DNA from: Callorhinchus milii
Taxonomy: Eukaryota
Assembly: GCF_018977255.1 (NCBI RefSeq)
Contig: NW_024704743.1
Span: forward strand, 100,938,001-101,002,000
Length of the DNA stretch: 64,000 nt
Reading direction: 5' to 3'
Numbering within the stretch: position 1 is the first letter of the stretch; each line of letters opens with the position of its first letter. The position numbers and the translations under genes were made by a program. Shown piece after piece: positions 49,485-63,039 of the stretch. The notes beneath the pieces are model-generated. The model made no database searches. It saw only the letters and a list, made by a program, of their open reading frames with translations, and was not told the origin of the DNA.

Positions 49485-52400
49485 CTACCTGATCATTTCC
49501 TCTTGGTTCCCTTGTTTGCATTTCTAATAGGATGTGTATTTTTCTAGTAGTTTTATCCTTGCTGCTCTGCATTTTTGTGACCACTCAACCCCTGTTTTAT
49601 CTTCTGTCCATTCTCTATATTCTCTTCAATGTCATCAGTTAGCTTCTCTCCGGTCACGTCTTCTTTCTCTTCTCCAACTCTTTCAACCTGTCTTTGTGGA
49701 AATAAAAATCAGTGCGGCCACTGATACTGTATTTCCATTGAAACAGCTTTGTGTTAAAGTGGCTTCAAATTTCACTTTAGAAGACTTATGGAGTCCTACC
49801 AGTGGAAATAAATATCAGATTTGAACAAGCATGACACCAAGTTGATAACATAGCACAAGTATCATTTGTCATTATTTTCCCAAGGTATGTTTGTTTACTA
49901 TACTGCCAGTGCTCTAGCATTGGGCTGCTTTCCAAAGTAATTCCAGTAAATCTTAACTCAAGCTGATGTCTCTGCTTTGTTGGCTGCAGTTGGAACCTGC
50001 TGCTCCTCTCCACACTGTGGGTGAACAAAGATGGTGCTGTCTCCACCTGGACACTGATTCCCTCAGACAAATAAGAGAGTTGACCCCCATTCCCAAGTTA
50101 ACAGGCAAGATAAACTTGGCTGCATGAGTTAACAACCATCCTTCAATCTTCAGGAAGTAGCCACCAGGAAAGCATGAACAACGTCTTATTAGCAATTGGC
50201 TGCCGCGTATCGCCCACAAAATATACAGTCAATTCACTTTACAATATATCCTGTGAAGCACTTTTAGATGTCTCAATGGCGTTATATCAAATGCAAGGAT
50301 TATTATTAATTATGTTATTAAACTGACAGATCTATCTTAATTCAATAAGAGCACAAGAGAGGTCTGCTGGAAAAGACAATTTTCAAATTGACCTCATCTT
50401 TCCAGAATACTCATTCTACTGTCTTCCCGTAACAACATCAATATTTCAAATGAGTCCAGTGGTGTGGAGTTAACCAGCCTTTCTCTCACATAGTTCCAGT
50501 TGATCGTTCTCTTTGTAAATAAATACTTCCTGGTGTTTTTCCTGAAATTACTGTTCACAAGCCCGGGGCCCCTTTGCTCTGTCCTGCTGTCGATAAAAAG
50601 GATAAGTACAAAGGAGCAATTAGATCAACTTATCCGAGGTGCATTAGATAGTATCATCTAGTCCATTAAAGATCTTATTTAACTCTAACTGTTGTTGATC
50701 TAATTACTCCTTTGTGCTTATCCGTCTAAAACTAGAATAATACACAGTACTCACACCACTCTATAGGGCTTTGAGATTTGCCAATATAGCCAAGCATTTT
50801 TTTGCCTTGTTTATTAACATTGTGCAGTTTGAATACGATGAGCGATGAGTCAATTGTCATCTTGTGGTCTCTTTCAACTACTCAAATGCATCTTTTAAAA
50901 AATATATCAAATGGAGATAATAATAATAATTCTTGCATTTGATAAAGCACCTTATCATGTTGCCGAAATGTTTCAAAGCGATTCATAGGATTTATTGTGA
51001 AGTGTAGTGACTGTTTGTTTCCTGTAAAGTGTAGTGTGTCATAGGTGCCTGGGAAGTAGAGACAATAATGAGATGCCATGGCAGGTCATTCCTCTTATTA
51101 ATAGCCTGCAATTTTTGGAAAAAAGCTCATGGGATTTCTATTTTTAATAATATGAAAATGCTTCATCAGAAGCCACAACAGGGCCAACATACTAACCTTT
51201 CACCTCTGGTACCTGAGTTCAGGATCAGCCCAGAGAGATGACTTTCCCCAATTTCTGTAAATGTTCTATGCCAAACAGGTCTGAGTGCCTCCAACACTGT
51301 GCTTAACTGTTGGCGATTGCCAGCACAGCATTGCTCATAATTTGGCACACACAAGTGCACTAAGTCTCACAAAGAGATGTTTTGAGAATGGGGGGAGGAT
51401 CACAGTGTTGATGTTCTTATGAGTTTTTTTTGTGTGATTTAACACATTTTTTTTCTGTCAGAATGGAGGGAGATGGACTCTGCATTTAAGCAAATAACCT
51501 GATAGCACTACATTCCTAATCTCTGAAATCTCTGCCTCAATGACTCCATCTTGCCCCCTCTTTACCTATCTTTTAATTCCACCAAAGATCTTCCTCTTTG
51601 ACCGTGCCTATGGTCACCTCTCTCTTGATCGGCTCTGCCACTGTGCAGTTCTCCAAGATGCTCTGCTGTGTGAAGGGTGTTATGTAAATGCCAGTGATGT
51701 TGTTTATGTTGTAATGCTGATAGTGACACTGGGTGTTCAAACATCATAAAACTTCCATTCTCCAAATCTGATATCCTTCAACATGATGAATGGAAAAAAT
51801 CACCACAAAGTTTGTGTTGGGGTTATTATGGGAGTTCAACCAGTTAAAATGGCATAGCTTGCCTTTGAGAGTACTGCCTGGTAAGCTTTCTGCTGCTCGC
51901 TTGTCCAGCTAGGACCACCTTACCAGTTAATGGGAACAATCTCTGCTCCCAGTGACTGGTCTGCCCCTCCAAGTCCTGCCAGTAAGCCAGGCTGGCTGGT
52001 CTGTCAGCAACAGTGACCTGGAGTAGTGAGAACTTGCCTGGCTCAGGAACTCGATTACCGAGATCACGACCAAGGATTGACTCAGTTCCGATATTCTATT
52101 GCCAAGCATGTCACCTTGGAGTTAGCTGAGCACCAAGGATATCCCATTTCCCTAATAATATCTCAGTGGCAATTCTTTAACCAATAAATATGAGTTTTTT
52201 TGTTCTTATTTTAGGGTATCTTTATTGGGCTGAGGGTTCAGAGCACAAAAAAAGGTCATAAGCTTTGTGGGGAATTCAGCTTTGCACTCAGTGAAATAAA
52301 ATGTCTTTACGAGACTGCAAAAAAAACAATTTCCCCTTGTATAATTTGTTGGACGCATCCAATTAATTTTGCTATCGATTTACAATTTTAAATTCACTAT

Positions 52401-52844
52401 TTATATTCATGTGTTTCTTTGTGGTAATGCTTCTTATGAATTGCTTTGTGTTTTTATAGTTTTATTATTCACTTAGCACTCATTTAACTCCTGATTTGAT
52501 TTTTTTTTACATCAACCACAATCCAATCTAGAAAAAACAAAATGCTACATTCGCTCATTTCTTCCGTTATACACCTGCACTTATCTGCTTATTTTAGCAA
52601 ACCAGGGCCCTGCTCATGGTTAAAAAATTCTGCGTTTCTGCATCACATGCAGTTTTCAGCTTGAGGATTTTGTCTTGCGTCAGCAGTAACAATCTGTACC
52701 TTACATTTTTACAGTAAAAATCATGTGAGAACTATAACCCTGGTTAATTCTGGATAACTCGTCACTCCAAGGGAAAAGAGTTCAGTGCCGAGTTATCCAG
52801 AGTGGCGAGTTAAGCGTGTGTCCTCCCGGACCACAAGGGGCGCT

Positions 52845-53069
52845 GTGACTGGCGCGGGCGTGGGGAGGAAGTTGGCCTTGCATGCTCAGATGCATCGTAG
52901 AGGCCTCTTGTCTATTGGAGGCCATATCATGGCTTTGTGCGCTGTCCTGTGACAGGGTAGTGCGGGAGGCCGGGTGGGAGGCCATGGTGCAGCCTCCAAT
53001 AGACCAGAGGCCTCTGCATTGCATCTGAGCATGTGAGGCCAACCTCTGCCGAGTGCCGGTCCCAGTCAT
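52845..53069. repeat. GC-rich long imperfect palindrome, MITE-like
   Basis: TTGGCCTTGCATGCTCAGATGCA..AGAGGCCTCTTGTCTATTGGAGGC pairs with GCCTCCAATAGACCAGAGGCCTCT..TGCATCTGAGCATGTGAGGCCAA. Confidence 0.8.
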
Positions 53070-54179
53070 AGGATAGGCTGGGAGGCTATTGCAATGCAAG
53101 ATGCCATCTTATAGGATGAGTTTCTAATCAATTTTACATTTAATTACCACCAAGAATTTCTAGAATATGACTGGTTATGTGTTAAGCGGAGTGACAAGTA
53201 AAGTGGAGTCCCTTATTAACATTTTGCATGGGAAGCGAGCAAATTATTGGCAGCATGGCTACTTAAGTGATAATGACAAATCAAGCCAGGGTCGAGATAT
53301 CAGGAGTTTATTGTAATTACTTTTGCTTCACATTTTGTGCAACTAATTTCTGCTGACAGTTAATGCTTGATGGCTCTGACCTTGCATTAAGTCAGAAGGC
53401 AGTCTGGAATTGCAATGTACCCATTTACAGTATGTTTATAATATTAAATATTGAGCAGAATATTGAACAGGCTTGTTCCTGAATTGCGTCTTTCCCATAA
53501 TCGTCTAAGCTTGAAGAGTTATACAGTAGTAACAGGTTAAGATGAAGAGAAATTATTCCTCAGCCATTCAACATTTCAAAAAAAAAAATTATTTATACTG
53601 AACTTAAATTGTTTTTTTTAAGATGAGAAATCCTTTTTGTTTGACACATAGCTCATGTTATGCAGGAGCAAATCACCCCTGTGTGTAAAAAAAATCAGTA
53701 ATAGGGAAAGAAAAAAATAAATGTGAAATCTGATATATTTAGTACACCATCACTGTTTGTTTGCATTAGTATGGCCAAGTGCAATAATTGGAGCCTGTTT
53801 TCAGGTTTCTTTGTGGAAATAGAAAATGGACGTGTCCAAGAAGATGATTTAGGATGGGCCAGATGGATGGCAATGGTTTTCTTTGGTCCTGTATTTTGGG
53901 TAAGCTAGAGAGTATTGTACCACTACATGGTAACATCCCCGCTTCTATACTTTTTCCTTAAGAAAAAGTAAATATTACTATATCTGTCCTTTATAGGATA
54001 TAACCTCAGTTTTGTATCATATTTCCATTTGCAAGGAGACTTGATTGAGATACAGTATGTTAAGCTATTGTGGGGATACAGTTTATACAGATGGCCCACA
54101 AACTCAGTGTTGTATGCACCAGAGACTGAACCAGTTTAGCGCTGTGCTGCGGGAACCTATCTGGCTCTGGCAGAAAAAT

Positions 54180-54612
54180 AATTATTATAATCGTTGCAGT
54201 TGACATTGGACCTTCCACATCAGAAGGATGTCTCAGCACTTCATAGGATATTTTGCCGGCAAAATAGTGAAACCTGCGTAAGGCAAACATGGCAGGCAAT
54301 TTGCTTATAACAATGTTCCACAACAAGCCATAAAAAGAATGAGCAATTTTATCTCAGCGGGATTGTTGGCGAGGACATCAGGAGTAATTCCTTTCCGTTT
54401 TAAAATAGGGCCATGGCATTGTTAATGTCCACCCCACAGGTATTGGGTCTTTGGTTTAGTGTCTCATCCAAGGGACAGCAGCCCCAACAATGCACAATTC
54501 CCCCAGTATTGCATTATAGCGTCTGAACTGCGAGTTGAAAATCCTGCCATGGGGCTTGAGCCCAGAATCTTTGGATTCAGAGGCGAGAGTGCGATTGACT
54601 GAGCCAGGCTGA
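54180..54612 (-). mobile_element. Long Deu-domain SINE, older copy
   Basis: Collinear with 12352-12785. Confidence 0.75.
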
Positions 54613-56129
54613 CATTGGTTGGCTTTACCCAGGCAGTGCTACACAGCTCATAGCTGTACAAAAGCCTTGGAGTAGTGCGAATATTCAGGCAACAAACATA
54701 TATTCCAGAAATAGTATAGTGACGAGCTACTTAGTGATGGAATGACTTTTGTCAGATTGTAGAGATCGACGACAGCACAATTCCTCGGTCCGCTATCTCT
54801 CAGTCTGATAGCTGTTCAGCAGCGGTGAGCAATGTGGCTGAATATCCACAGGCGTGTGCTCTCAGCTGTCTCTACACTGCCTATGAAGCAAACCATTGTG
54901 CCAAAGTCACAGGGTGCTCGAACCTCAAATTCACTCTTTCATAATTATCAGGCAACATACCCTGACAGAAAAGAAACCCTCTCGCAGGGAATGTTGTGGG
55001 AACATTTTGGCACAGAAAGAAAAGGCACGCTGGCCCTTATAAGAAACTCTTTAGAGAGAGAATGTGACATTCCCAGCTTGATAGGCTCCCTCATGCACGG
55101 TAAAGGATATCATAATTATCACTCACATCTGTTACAAAATATGACACATGACAAATATATATGTATATGATAAATATGACAAATGTCCCTCCAATTGTTC
55201 CTAACATGTTAATAATAATATTCGAATGTACTTGAGTTTTATGTAGCACCTTCCACAACAGGAGGATGTTTCAAAGTGCTTCTTTTTACTGGATTTTACT
55301 GTAAAGTGTAGTGACTGTATGTTTTGTAGGTGAACAATGCACTTTGACAGCTAGGGAACTGGAAGGAGGGAGGGCTAGTGTTTTGAGCATGAATTTCAAG
55401 TCCAGAATGTATGTGGTGAGGCTGTATAGAAGGACTGTAGTTTGATTTTGAACAACAACAACTTGCACTTATATAGCGCCCTCCACGCAGGGTAGCGTCT
55501 CAGATGGTGGGGCGGAAGGTGTGAGGGACGAGCAGGAGGCCAGTGCCAGTCGAGCGGAGGCGCCGGGTGGTGGATTAGGGAGTGAGGAGGTCGGATAAGA
55601 AGGGAAGGTGCCAGGAAATGAATGGATTTGAACATGATTAGCCTAATTTTGAGAGACATTTACTTCCTGAGGGTTCTGTGTTAATGAGGAAATAGCTTTG
55701 AAGGACAATGTGTGACAGAGAGAGAGAGAGTGCGACAGAGACACCCACTGTCAGCCTGGCTCAGGAGGTCGCATGCTCACACTCTGGTAGTGGTGTGAGG
55801 AGGGAGAGTAAAGAATGCATTTACAGTGTTATGCTTTTTAAGTGTGGAATCTCTGTGCTAGTCATTTCAGCCTGATATGATTGTAATGGGAGGTATCATT
55901 TAAGTATCAACCTCTCCTGGAAACTTAAGCATAAGCATAAGCATCAAAGGTGTTGCAACAGATGTCCTAAATGTAACTGCTTACAGCCTAAATATGTGTC
56001 CTGATGCACAGTTTAAAGCCAAGATTAAGTGAAGCAATTCCTTCAAAAATCCCAGAAAGCTATATTGTGGATTTGAAGGTCAAACTAAAGAAATATACTG
56101 CAGTGCAGGAAAGGATTCCCTACTCTCAA

Positions 56130-56298
56130 GGGAACGGGGAGTGGGAATGTGCAGCGAATTGGGGTGTGGGAATGTGCAGGGATTAGGTATGGGAAAGTCA
56201 GGGAATGGGATGTGGGAATGTACATCGTTTAGGAGTGGGACTGTACAGGGATTGTGTGTGGGAATGTACAGGGATAGGGTGTGGCAAAATCCAGGGAT
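56130..56298 (+). repeat. G-rich ~24-bp minisatellite (approximately GGGGTGTGGGAATGTGCAGGGATT), about 7 degenerate copies
   Basis: GTGGGAATGT recurs at about 24-bp spacing. Confidence 0.85.
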
Positions 56299-56584
56299 GT
56301 ATCATCTTGCAGATTATGGCTAAGTATNAAAAATGGATGTGGTAAGCATCAAGCATCTGATTTGGACAGTGAGAAAAAAACATCCCCTTCCTTGGTAAAG
56401 ACCATGTGAAGGAAACAATGGAGCACTTGAAAGAAAAGTTATGTCATTGCTGAAAGAAAAATCCTTACAGGAACAGACATCTCTGTGACCTCACTTACCT
56501 GGTAGGCTTTCTTGTGCATCACAAAGATTAAAGAAGAAAAGTAAATTAGTATGGAGTCTCGTAGTTTAGAGCACTTATTCTAAT

Positions 56585-56893
56585 TGTAGCTTAGTGGGTA
56601 GAGCACTCGCCTCTCAAACGAGAGAACCTGGGTTCGATTCCCGGCAGTGTGAAACGTTAGGCAAGTTTCCTTACTCCACATGTTTACCTAGCAGCAAGTG
56701 GGAACCCGGTTGTTAGTTGATTGGCGGATCACTTTTCCAGGAGTAATAATCCGTGCTGTGCACAATTGGCTTCCACATTTTGCCCACAAAATTTAAAGTC
56801 AATTCACTTTATATTACTGTATATCCTATGAAGAGCTTTGAGACGTCTTGAAGACTTGATAAGGCACTATATCAAATGCATGGATAATTATAA
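56585..56893 (+). mobile_element. Short tRNA-derived SINE
   Basis: GTAGCTTAGTGGGTAGAGCACTCGCC..GGTTCGATTCC head, with core and tail. Confidence 0.88.
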
Positions 56894-57227
56894 TATTTAA
56901 ATATTAAGAAAGGGCAGTATTTGTAAGAGACACATGAAGCACTTACAATTTTGAGATGTAAGTGCTTTATACTGACTTGTGACATTGCTAAACACTCCAT
57001 CTTGCATGCTATAGATATTTATAAAGTTTGACTTTTATTTCACTTGTCAACAACAACAACAAATTGCATTTGCATAGCGGACATCTTGATGTGCATTTTA
57101 TGAGGGTTTTCCTGAACCTATGTGCTTCAGCATGGATTGAGAATAGTTTGTGAATTATTTTCATTTGTTTTATCTGCAATGTTATTTTTGCTAATAAATG
57201 ATTATTAGATTACTGATAAAATGGTGC

Positions 57228-57520
57228 TGAATGGTTAGAAAATTTGCCTCGCAAGTGAGAGACCTGGGTTCGATTCCCAGCAGGGCAAAACCTTGGGCAA
57301 GTCTCCTTACTCCACACGCCTGATAATAATCCCTCAAGAAAAAAATAATAATTTGGTCACCCAATCAATGACTGTTTGTGGGACACTGCTGTGTGCAATT
57401 CGCTGTCCGTTTCGCCCACAAATATGCAGTCAATTCACTTTACAGTATATTCTGTGAAGCGCTTTGAGATGTCTAAAAGACATGCAAAGAGCTATATCAA
57501 ATGCAAGGATTATTATTATT
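57228..57520 (+). mobile_element. Short tRNA-derived SINE
   Basis: GGTTCGATTCC B box, core, GCAAGGATTATTATTATT tail. Confidence 0.88.
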
Positions 57521-58057
57521 TTTTTAAAAAGTTTTGTTCTTATATCATTAAATAAGACTGATAATATAACTATTTAAAATCAGGCACAGAGTCATCACAT
57601 TTCTGCTCAGTTTTAACATCAACAATAACAGCATTCATAAAAGCATCCTTCACATGGGGTAGCATCCCTGAGAGCTTTAACTTGTCAATTGTGAGATAAA
57701 TAGAAATAGATAGTTTCATATATAATGCAGACTAAATAATTCATGAGTGACAAAGTAATGGCTGGCCTCAAGGAGAGATTTAAAATTTCTTACTGCAGAA
57801 GTATATTTCCAGAATATATTTTAAAATGTATGTCTAATTAATTTTTAAAACACGTTATATAAATACAATATTTTTATCTTTTCACTTTCATATTTGTATG
57901 ACTTGACTCACCTAAAATTTCACCACGGCCTTAGCTTAGAAGGCAATTTTGTCTTAAAATGTATCAATATATCTGAATTATGAAAAATTCTTCAAGTCAC
58001 TCAATGTCTTTCACAGAGGGTAACATCTCAGCGAGCTTTACCTATTAAGTCAAGTGA

Positions 58058-58228
58058 GTCTTGTAGCTCAGTAGTTAGAGCACTCGCCTGAAAAGTGAGA
58101 GGACCTGGGTTCGATTCCTGGGCAAAGCGAAATGTTGGGCAAGATTCAATTCACTTTACAGTATATTCTATGAAGATGTCCTGAAGACGTGATAAGGTGC
58201 TATGTCAAATTCAAAGATTATTATTATT
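58058..58228 (+). mobile_element. Internally deleted short SINE
   Basis: The head is joined directly to the tail at about 58145 and the core is missing. Confidence 0.8.
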
Positions 58229-58619
58229 AATATAGAAACTGTTTTTCTACAGTTCTGTAAACGAAGGAGCTTCAAAATGAAGACTGAATTTAAGAATTGC
58301 TCACAATTCAATATGATCTTAAGTTTTAAGAAAAAATGGCCTTATTGGCTAAGCCTAAATCAAATTTGGACTCTAAAAAGTGCAAAAATATAAAAAAATC
58401 CGCAGCTTCACAGCCCCATGTATGGTATCTACAATAATAATCATGGAACTGAGTGACGCAATGGATTAGCACATTATTCTTTCATCTGTAAAGCATAGGT
58501 TCAAATCCAGTCCAGATCAATCAGATGAATGTCTCTTTCTGCCGCCTGTCAGGTTCTTTAGTAAATCTAGGAGGAGTACTCTTTGTTCAAAGTGTTCACC
58601 CAAGATCACAGCTGAAAAT

Positions 58620-58850
58620 GTGTGGGTGTGACGGAGCCCTAGCAGATATTTTCAAAACTATGAATGGTTTTGAAAGGGTAAATAGAGAAAGACTATTTCC
58701 ATTGACCGGTGAGTCAGAAATAAGAGAGAATAAATTGTGGATTATCACCTTGGAGAAAAAGGGGGAGGGTAGAAAATATTTTTACAGACAGAATGCGAAT
58801 GCCTTGATTCGTCTATAACAGCATTTGAAAGGGAGTTGGATAAACACTTC
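58620..58850 (+). mobile_element. Old CR1 3' fragment
   Basis: DIFKTMNGFERVNRERLFPL. Confidence 0.75.
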
Positions 58851-59261
58851 AGGAAAGAGCAGGAAATAGTAATCCATGCATTCAATTCAGCTCCTCATTA
58901 CATTGTCGAGATGTCTCAAAGAACTTCACAAAATGTAGTGCTATGTGTAATCTAGCACTGTATTGGAGTGTCCGTCATGACTATAAATTCAAAGTCCCAA
59001 AATGGGACTTGAACCCACAACTAGATTAGAGTAGCTGGAACTGCTGTCTGTCTGGCAGCTGATGCACAGAGTCCTGAGCCCCGGCAGGTTGGGGCTGACT
59101 GGATAGTTATCACATCCTGTTGAATGCATCTAGAATGGGTTTCTGGTTAGTCCAAAATCTTATGCGACTAAATTAATAGAGGTGCACATAACCTGGTCCT
59201 CGTGTAACAAATGACCAGAGCAGCTGATTGCTGGGGGCGATGAGTCCTAGATCTTGTGTGT

Positions 59262-59552
59262 CAGTCTGGCTCAGTGGAAGCACTTGCAAGGTTATGCGTT
59301 CAAACCCACATCGAGACTTGTAATCGTCTAAGATGACACTCCAATGCAGCGGTGGGGATGTGCTACATTGCTGGAGGTGTGTCCTTTCGATGAGACATTA
59401 AACCAAGGTCCCGTCTGTCTGTTCAGGTGGACATTAAAGATCCCGCGGCACTATTCGAAAAGAGAAGGATGTTTCTCCCAGTGTCCTAGCCAACAATCCC
59501 CCAGATAAGCTGGGCCATTCACTTCATTGTTGGTTGTGGAGCATTGCTATGC
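59262..59552 (+). mobile_element. Long Deu-domain SINE
   Basis: GATGAGACATTAAACCAAGGTCCCGTCTGTCTGTTCAGGTGGACATTAAAGATCCC core. Confidence 0.85.
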
Positions 59553-60079
59553 CTTCAGTGTGGTGGGAGGACCTTCACAGGACAGCTTGTGACGTGCCAA
59601 CCACCTTGATGTTCTTGAGGCCCAAGTCCAATGGTGTGTACCAGACTTCCGCAGCACCAACTATTTAATCCAGGTGTTCATGTGAGAGGCTTTAGCAAAT
59701 ACACATGCCTGCTGTGGGGCCAACACAGTCTCCAGGATGCTTAGCGACAGGTCAGTGTAGGCTGGAGCCTCACTCCCTCCAGCTGCTTCCCGTGTTTCCA
59801 TATTTTATTTGACTTGGGGCTTGGATATGGACACTGGATGGCAAAAGTGGGAAGTGTTTCATTTCCCAGCATATTTGTGACCATAAACATTTCTCTGTTT
59901 TAGTTTTCAATAAAAAGTAATTATGAAAACACCTTCGAGCCACTGAATATCCCACAACATATTTATTTTAGTAAATGCATTTGTTCTGCATCATTTCAAT
60001 TGCAAGCTCAAGAGAATCAAAGACAGCTAATAACTTATTTAAATATTCACAAAACAAAAACATGTGCAACCACACACTG

Positions 60080-60760
60080 GGATCGCAATATTGGGACTTT
60101 GAACTCATAGTCTAGGCTAACACTCCACTACAGTAACAGAGTGTGTACTGCATTTTGGGAGGTGCTTTCCTTCAGATGAGGTGTTAAACTGAATCTGCTA
60201 GTTGAGGTGGACATTAAAGAGCCCATGACACTAATTGACAAGAGAAATAATTTTTCCTTGTGTTCTAGCCAACAAGTCTCCAAATAAAATTGTTCATTTA
60301 TTTTCTGGTTGTTTGTGGGATATTGTTGTACATAAATCAGTTGTTGAATTCACCTACAAATACAGGGAAGACTCATTATAGCGCAGTTGGCTAGTTCCAA
60401 TCTCTCACTAGGAGCATTATAAGCGATAAAAGGGCCAAAGGGCTGTCAGATCACCATTTACTGTCACTTCCTGTGCACATGTGCAAAATTCACAGATAGT
60501 CACAGCAACATTTCTTCCTGTGCATAGCACGCATGCACAGGCACTGGAAGTGACATTAGCCGCACAATAAATAATGTTAGTCAGTGTTGGATTCCAGGAT
60601 TATTGCACTTCTATTTAGGTAGGCATTCTTTTAAAGGATGCTATGATCGAGTTTACCTGTACTCATTCACTGCATTTTGTAGAAAAGTGCTTTGAGACAT
60701 TTTATCATTTTGCTGCTATATCAATTGGAAAGTTTATTAATATTATTATTATTATTATTA
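60080..60760 (+). mobile_element. Long Deu-SINE interrupted by a MITE
   Basis: The SINE core runs to 60362 and the tail resumes at 60662. Confidence 0.75.
60363..60659. mobile_element. Tc1/mariner (Tigger-like) MITE
   Basis: TA|CAGGGAAGACTCATTATAGC ... GCTATGATCGAGTTTACCTG|TA: imperfect TIRs with TA duplication, and internal inverted TGTCACTTCC/GGAAGTGACA. Confidence 0.7.
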
Positions 60761-61084
60761 TACTGCATAATGAACTGGATTTAGGTTCTATTTTGAGCTA
60801 CTAAGACAATGGAAATTAAAAACAAGCTCTAATTTTACATGTCTACAAACCCAATTGTGATTTGAAATATAGATGATCCAGTTTACAAGTCATCTGACCA
60901 GCAGAGCCTGTTTCTAGGGATTAAAACATCTGACCTCCATATTTTAACTGTGTAAATTTTAACTGTGTAAGCGCTCTGAGACGCTACCTGCGTGGAGGGC
61001 ACTATAGAAGTGCAAGTTATTGTTGTAAATATAAATAAACAATTTCTATATGAATAACTTTGTTTAAAAAAGCACCCATTCCGA

Positions 61085-61310
61085 TTGTAAATTATTCTCA
61101 AGAAACAGTGCTACATGCTGCATTTTGTAGGTGCAGTTCTTTAGATGAGATGTTAAACCAAGATCTTGTCTGCCTGTTCAGATGGATGTTAAAGATTCCA
61201 TAGCGCTATTCAAAAAAGAGAAGGGCATTCACCTGGCCACAATCCCCCAGGTAAAATTGATGATTCCTTTGCTGGTTGTTTGTGGGGTATTGCTGTGTGC
61301 CAATTCATTC
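61085..61310 (+). mobile_element. Deu-SINE core fragment
   Basis: GATGAGATGTTAAACCAAGATCTTGTCTGCCTGTTCAGATGGATGTTAAAGATTCCATAGC. Confidence 0.8.
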
Positions 61311-63039
61311 CCGGGTTCATCCACATAATGCTGCTTAGTCATAGGTATGTTAGGGAGGTGGTAAATAGAAGCCAGATATGGAGGCATAGAAAATAGGGAG
61401 GTGGGACACTCCAGGCTCCCTTGTATATCTCCCAGCAGTGGGTCACAGAACACCATTGCAAAAGAAGTGGTATAGATCATCTACCTGCACAGTGGCAGGG
61501 GAACTGTGCATGTGTAATATCTTAGGTAGATTGTTAACCTTGAGAATATAAGAAACGTAGAAGTCAATCTTGCAGGACTTCTTAATTAAGAAATTGACCC
61601 AGGGATTCCTTCCAGTAATTCATGTACGTCACTGTGACTGGAGGAGCTTCGTTCCAAAAATAGTTGTTCCCCTGAAATTACATCTTAATTCAGAAATCCA
61701 TTAAGACATACTGCAAAATTGACCCCATCATCTCTTAAAATGTTACAATCTACAAGAGGTTTGGGGGAAGAATTGTCTTGTAGAATGAATTACTAAGTGC
61801 AGTACTTTACATAATGGCCTGTTTAAATGAGTTTAGTAATATACTCGGCAGCAGATCTAATATCAAAAGGCTTCCCATTATCCTGGCAACAGTCCATCTC
61901 AGAGAGCTAACCTTGGACCTGCACCCAGTGTCCTTCCCATCATTTGGTGATGTATGTTGGAAAGGTTAGTGAAGGAGAAAAGCGTGATCGTGGAAGGAGC
62001 TGTTCCGATGACTTTTACTGGCAAACAGCATGACAGCTCTCAGCTTATACTGCATGCAGTATGACACGGGTGGATTCTGAAAAGCTTGCTCTTTTTCCGT
62101 GTTCTGACCTTTTTTTTAAATTCTATCTCTTGCTGTTTCAAGCTGGAAAGGGAACATGTAGTCTCAAACAAAGTACCAGGGTGTGATACTAATTTGTGAT
62201 GTACTGTGTGTGAAGCAGAAGTATTTAATTGATGCAAATTACTTTCTTAATTGTGTACAGAAGGGAGCTCGTGGAAGAAAACATCTCAGCAAGGATGTGT
62301 GGCTGAGATGGGATTTAGCATTAAATGTATCTGGATGTTTTGCAGCAAGATACAGTACATAGCCTGGTTTACACTGACTGATAACCTCTGCTTCTTGTGT
62401 CTCAATACACTGCTTTAATCCAACTCTATTTGAACATAGTCTGTGTCCCGTCCCCCGGCTGTAATTATGCATAAAATGGAGAGAGAAAAGCGAAAGCATT
62501 TAATACAAATACGAGAGCATTTTAACATTGATTGAACAGCGTTTTCCCAATTGACAGATTGTTCTGTAGTCTCTTGACTGTCATCAGCTACAAAGCTTTT
62601 AGGGAAAGGTTTGCCAGTGTTCACAATAGTAAATTGTGTGGTTTTAGCTTGCTAAACTCCAATAGTGCTCAGTCTGCAATCTAGGATCACCAAGCCTTGG
62701 CTCTTGCTAATTTACACCTAAACTGTCTGGCATTAGGTAAGCAGAGTGTGACCCTCTGGACGAACTCAAGCTAGATATATGTGGTAGTTTGGTTTGGACA
62801 CACATAAGCATGGTGATGGATTTCTACATGTGTCAGACACCCCGCTGACCAAAACAAAAATTAATACATACTTGGTATATAAGGGCGGAAAATGTCCTTG
62901 CTAGTAATTTTCCAGATTAATTAGTTGTGCAATCCAAAGATGTTTATGGCAGTTTGCTGGTGCAAAAATGACTCCCATATCTGCCTACAAAAAATCACTT
63001 GCCATTAATTACTTGTGAAACACCAAGATTTTTTTCTGA

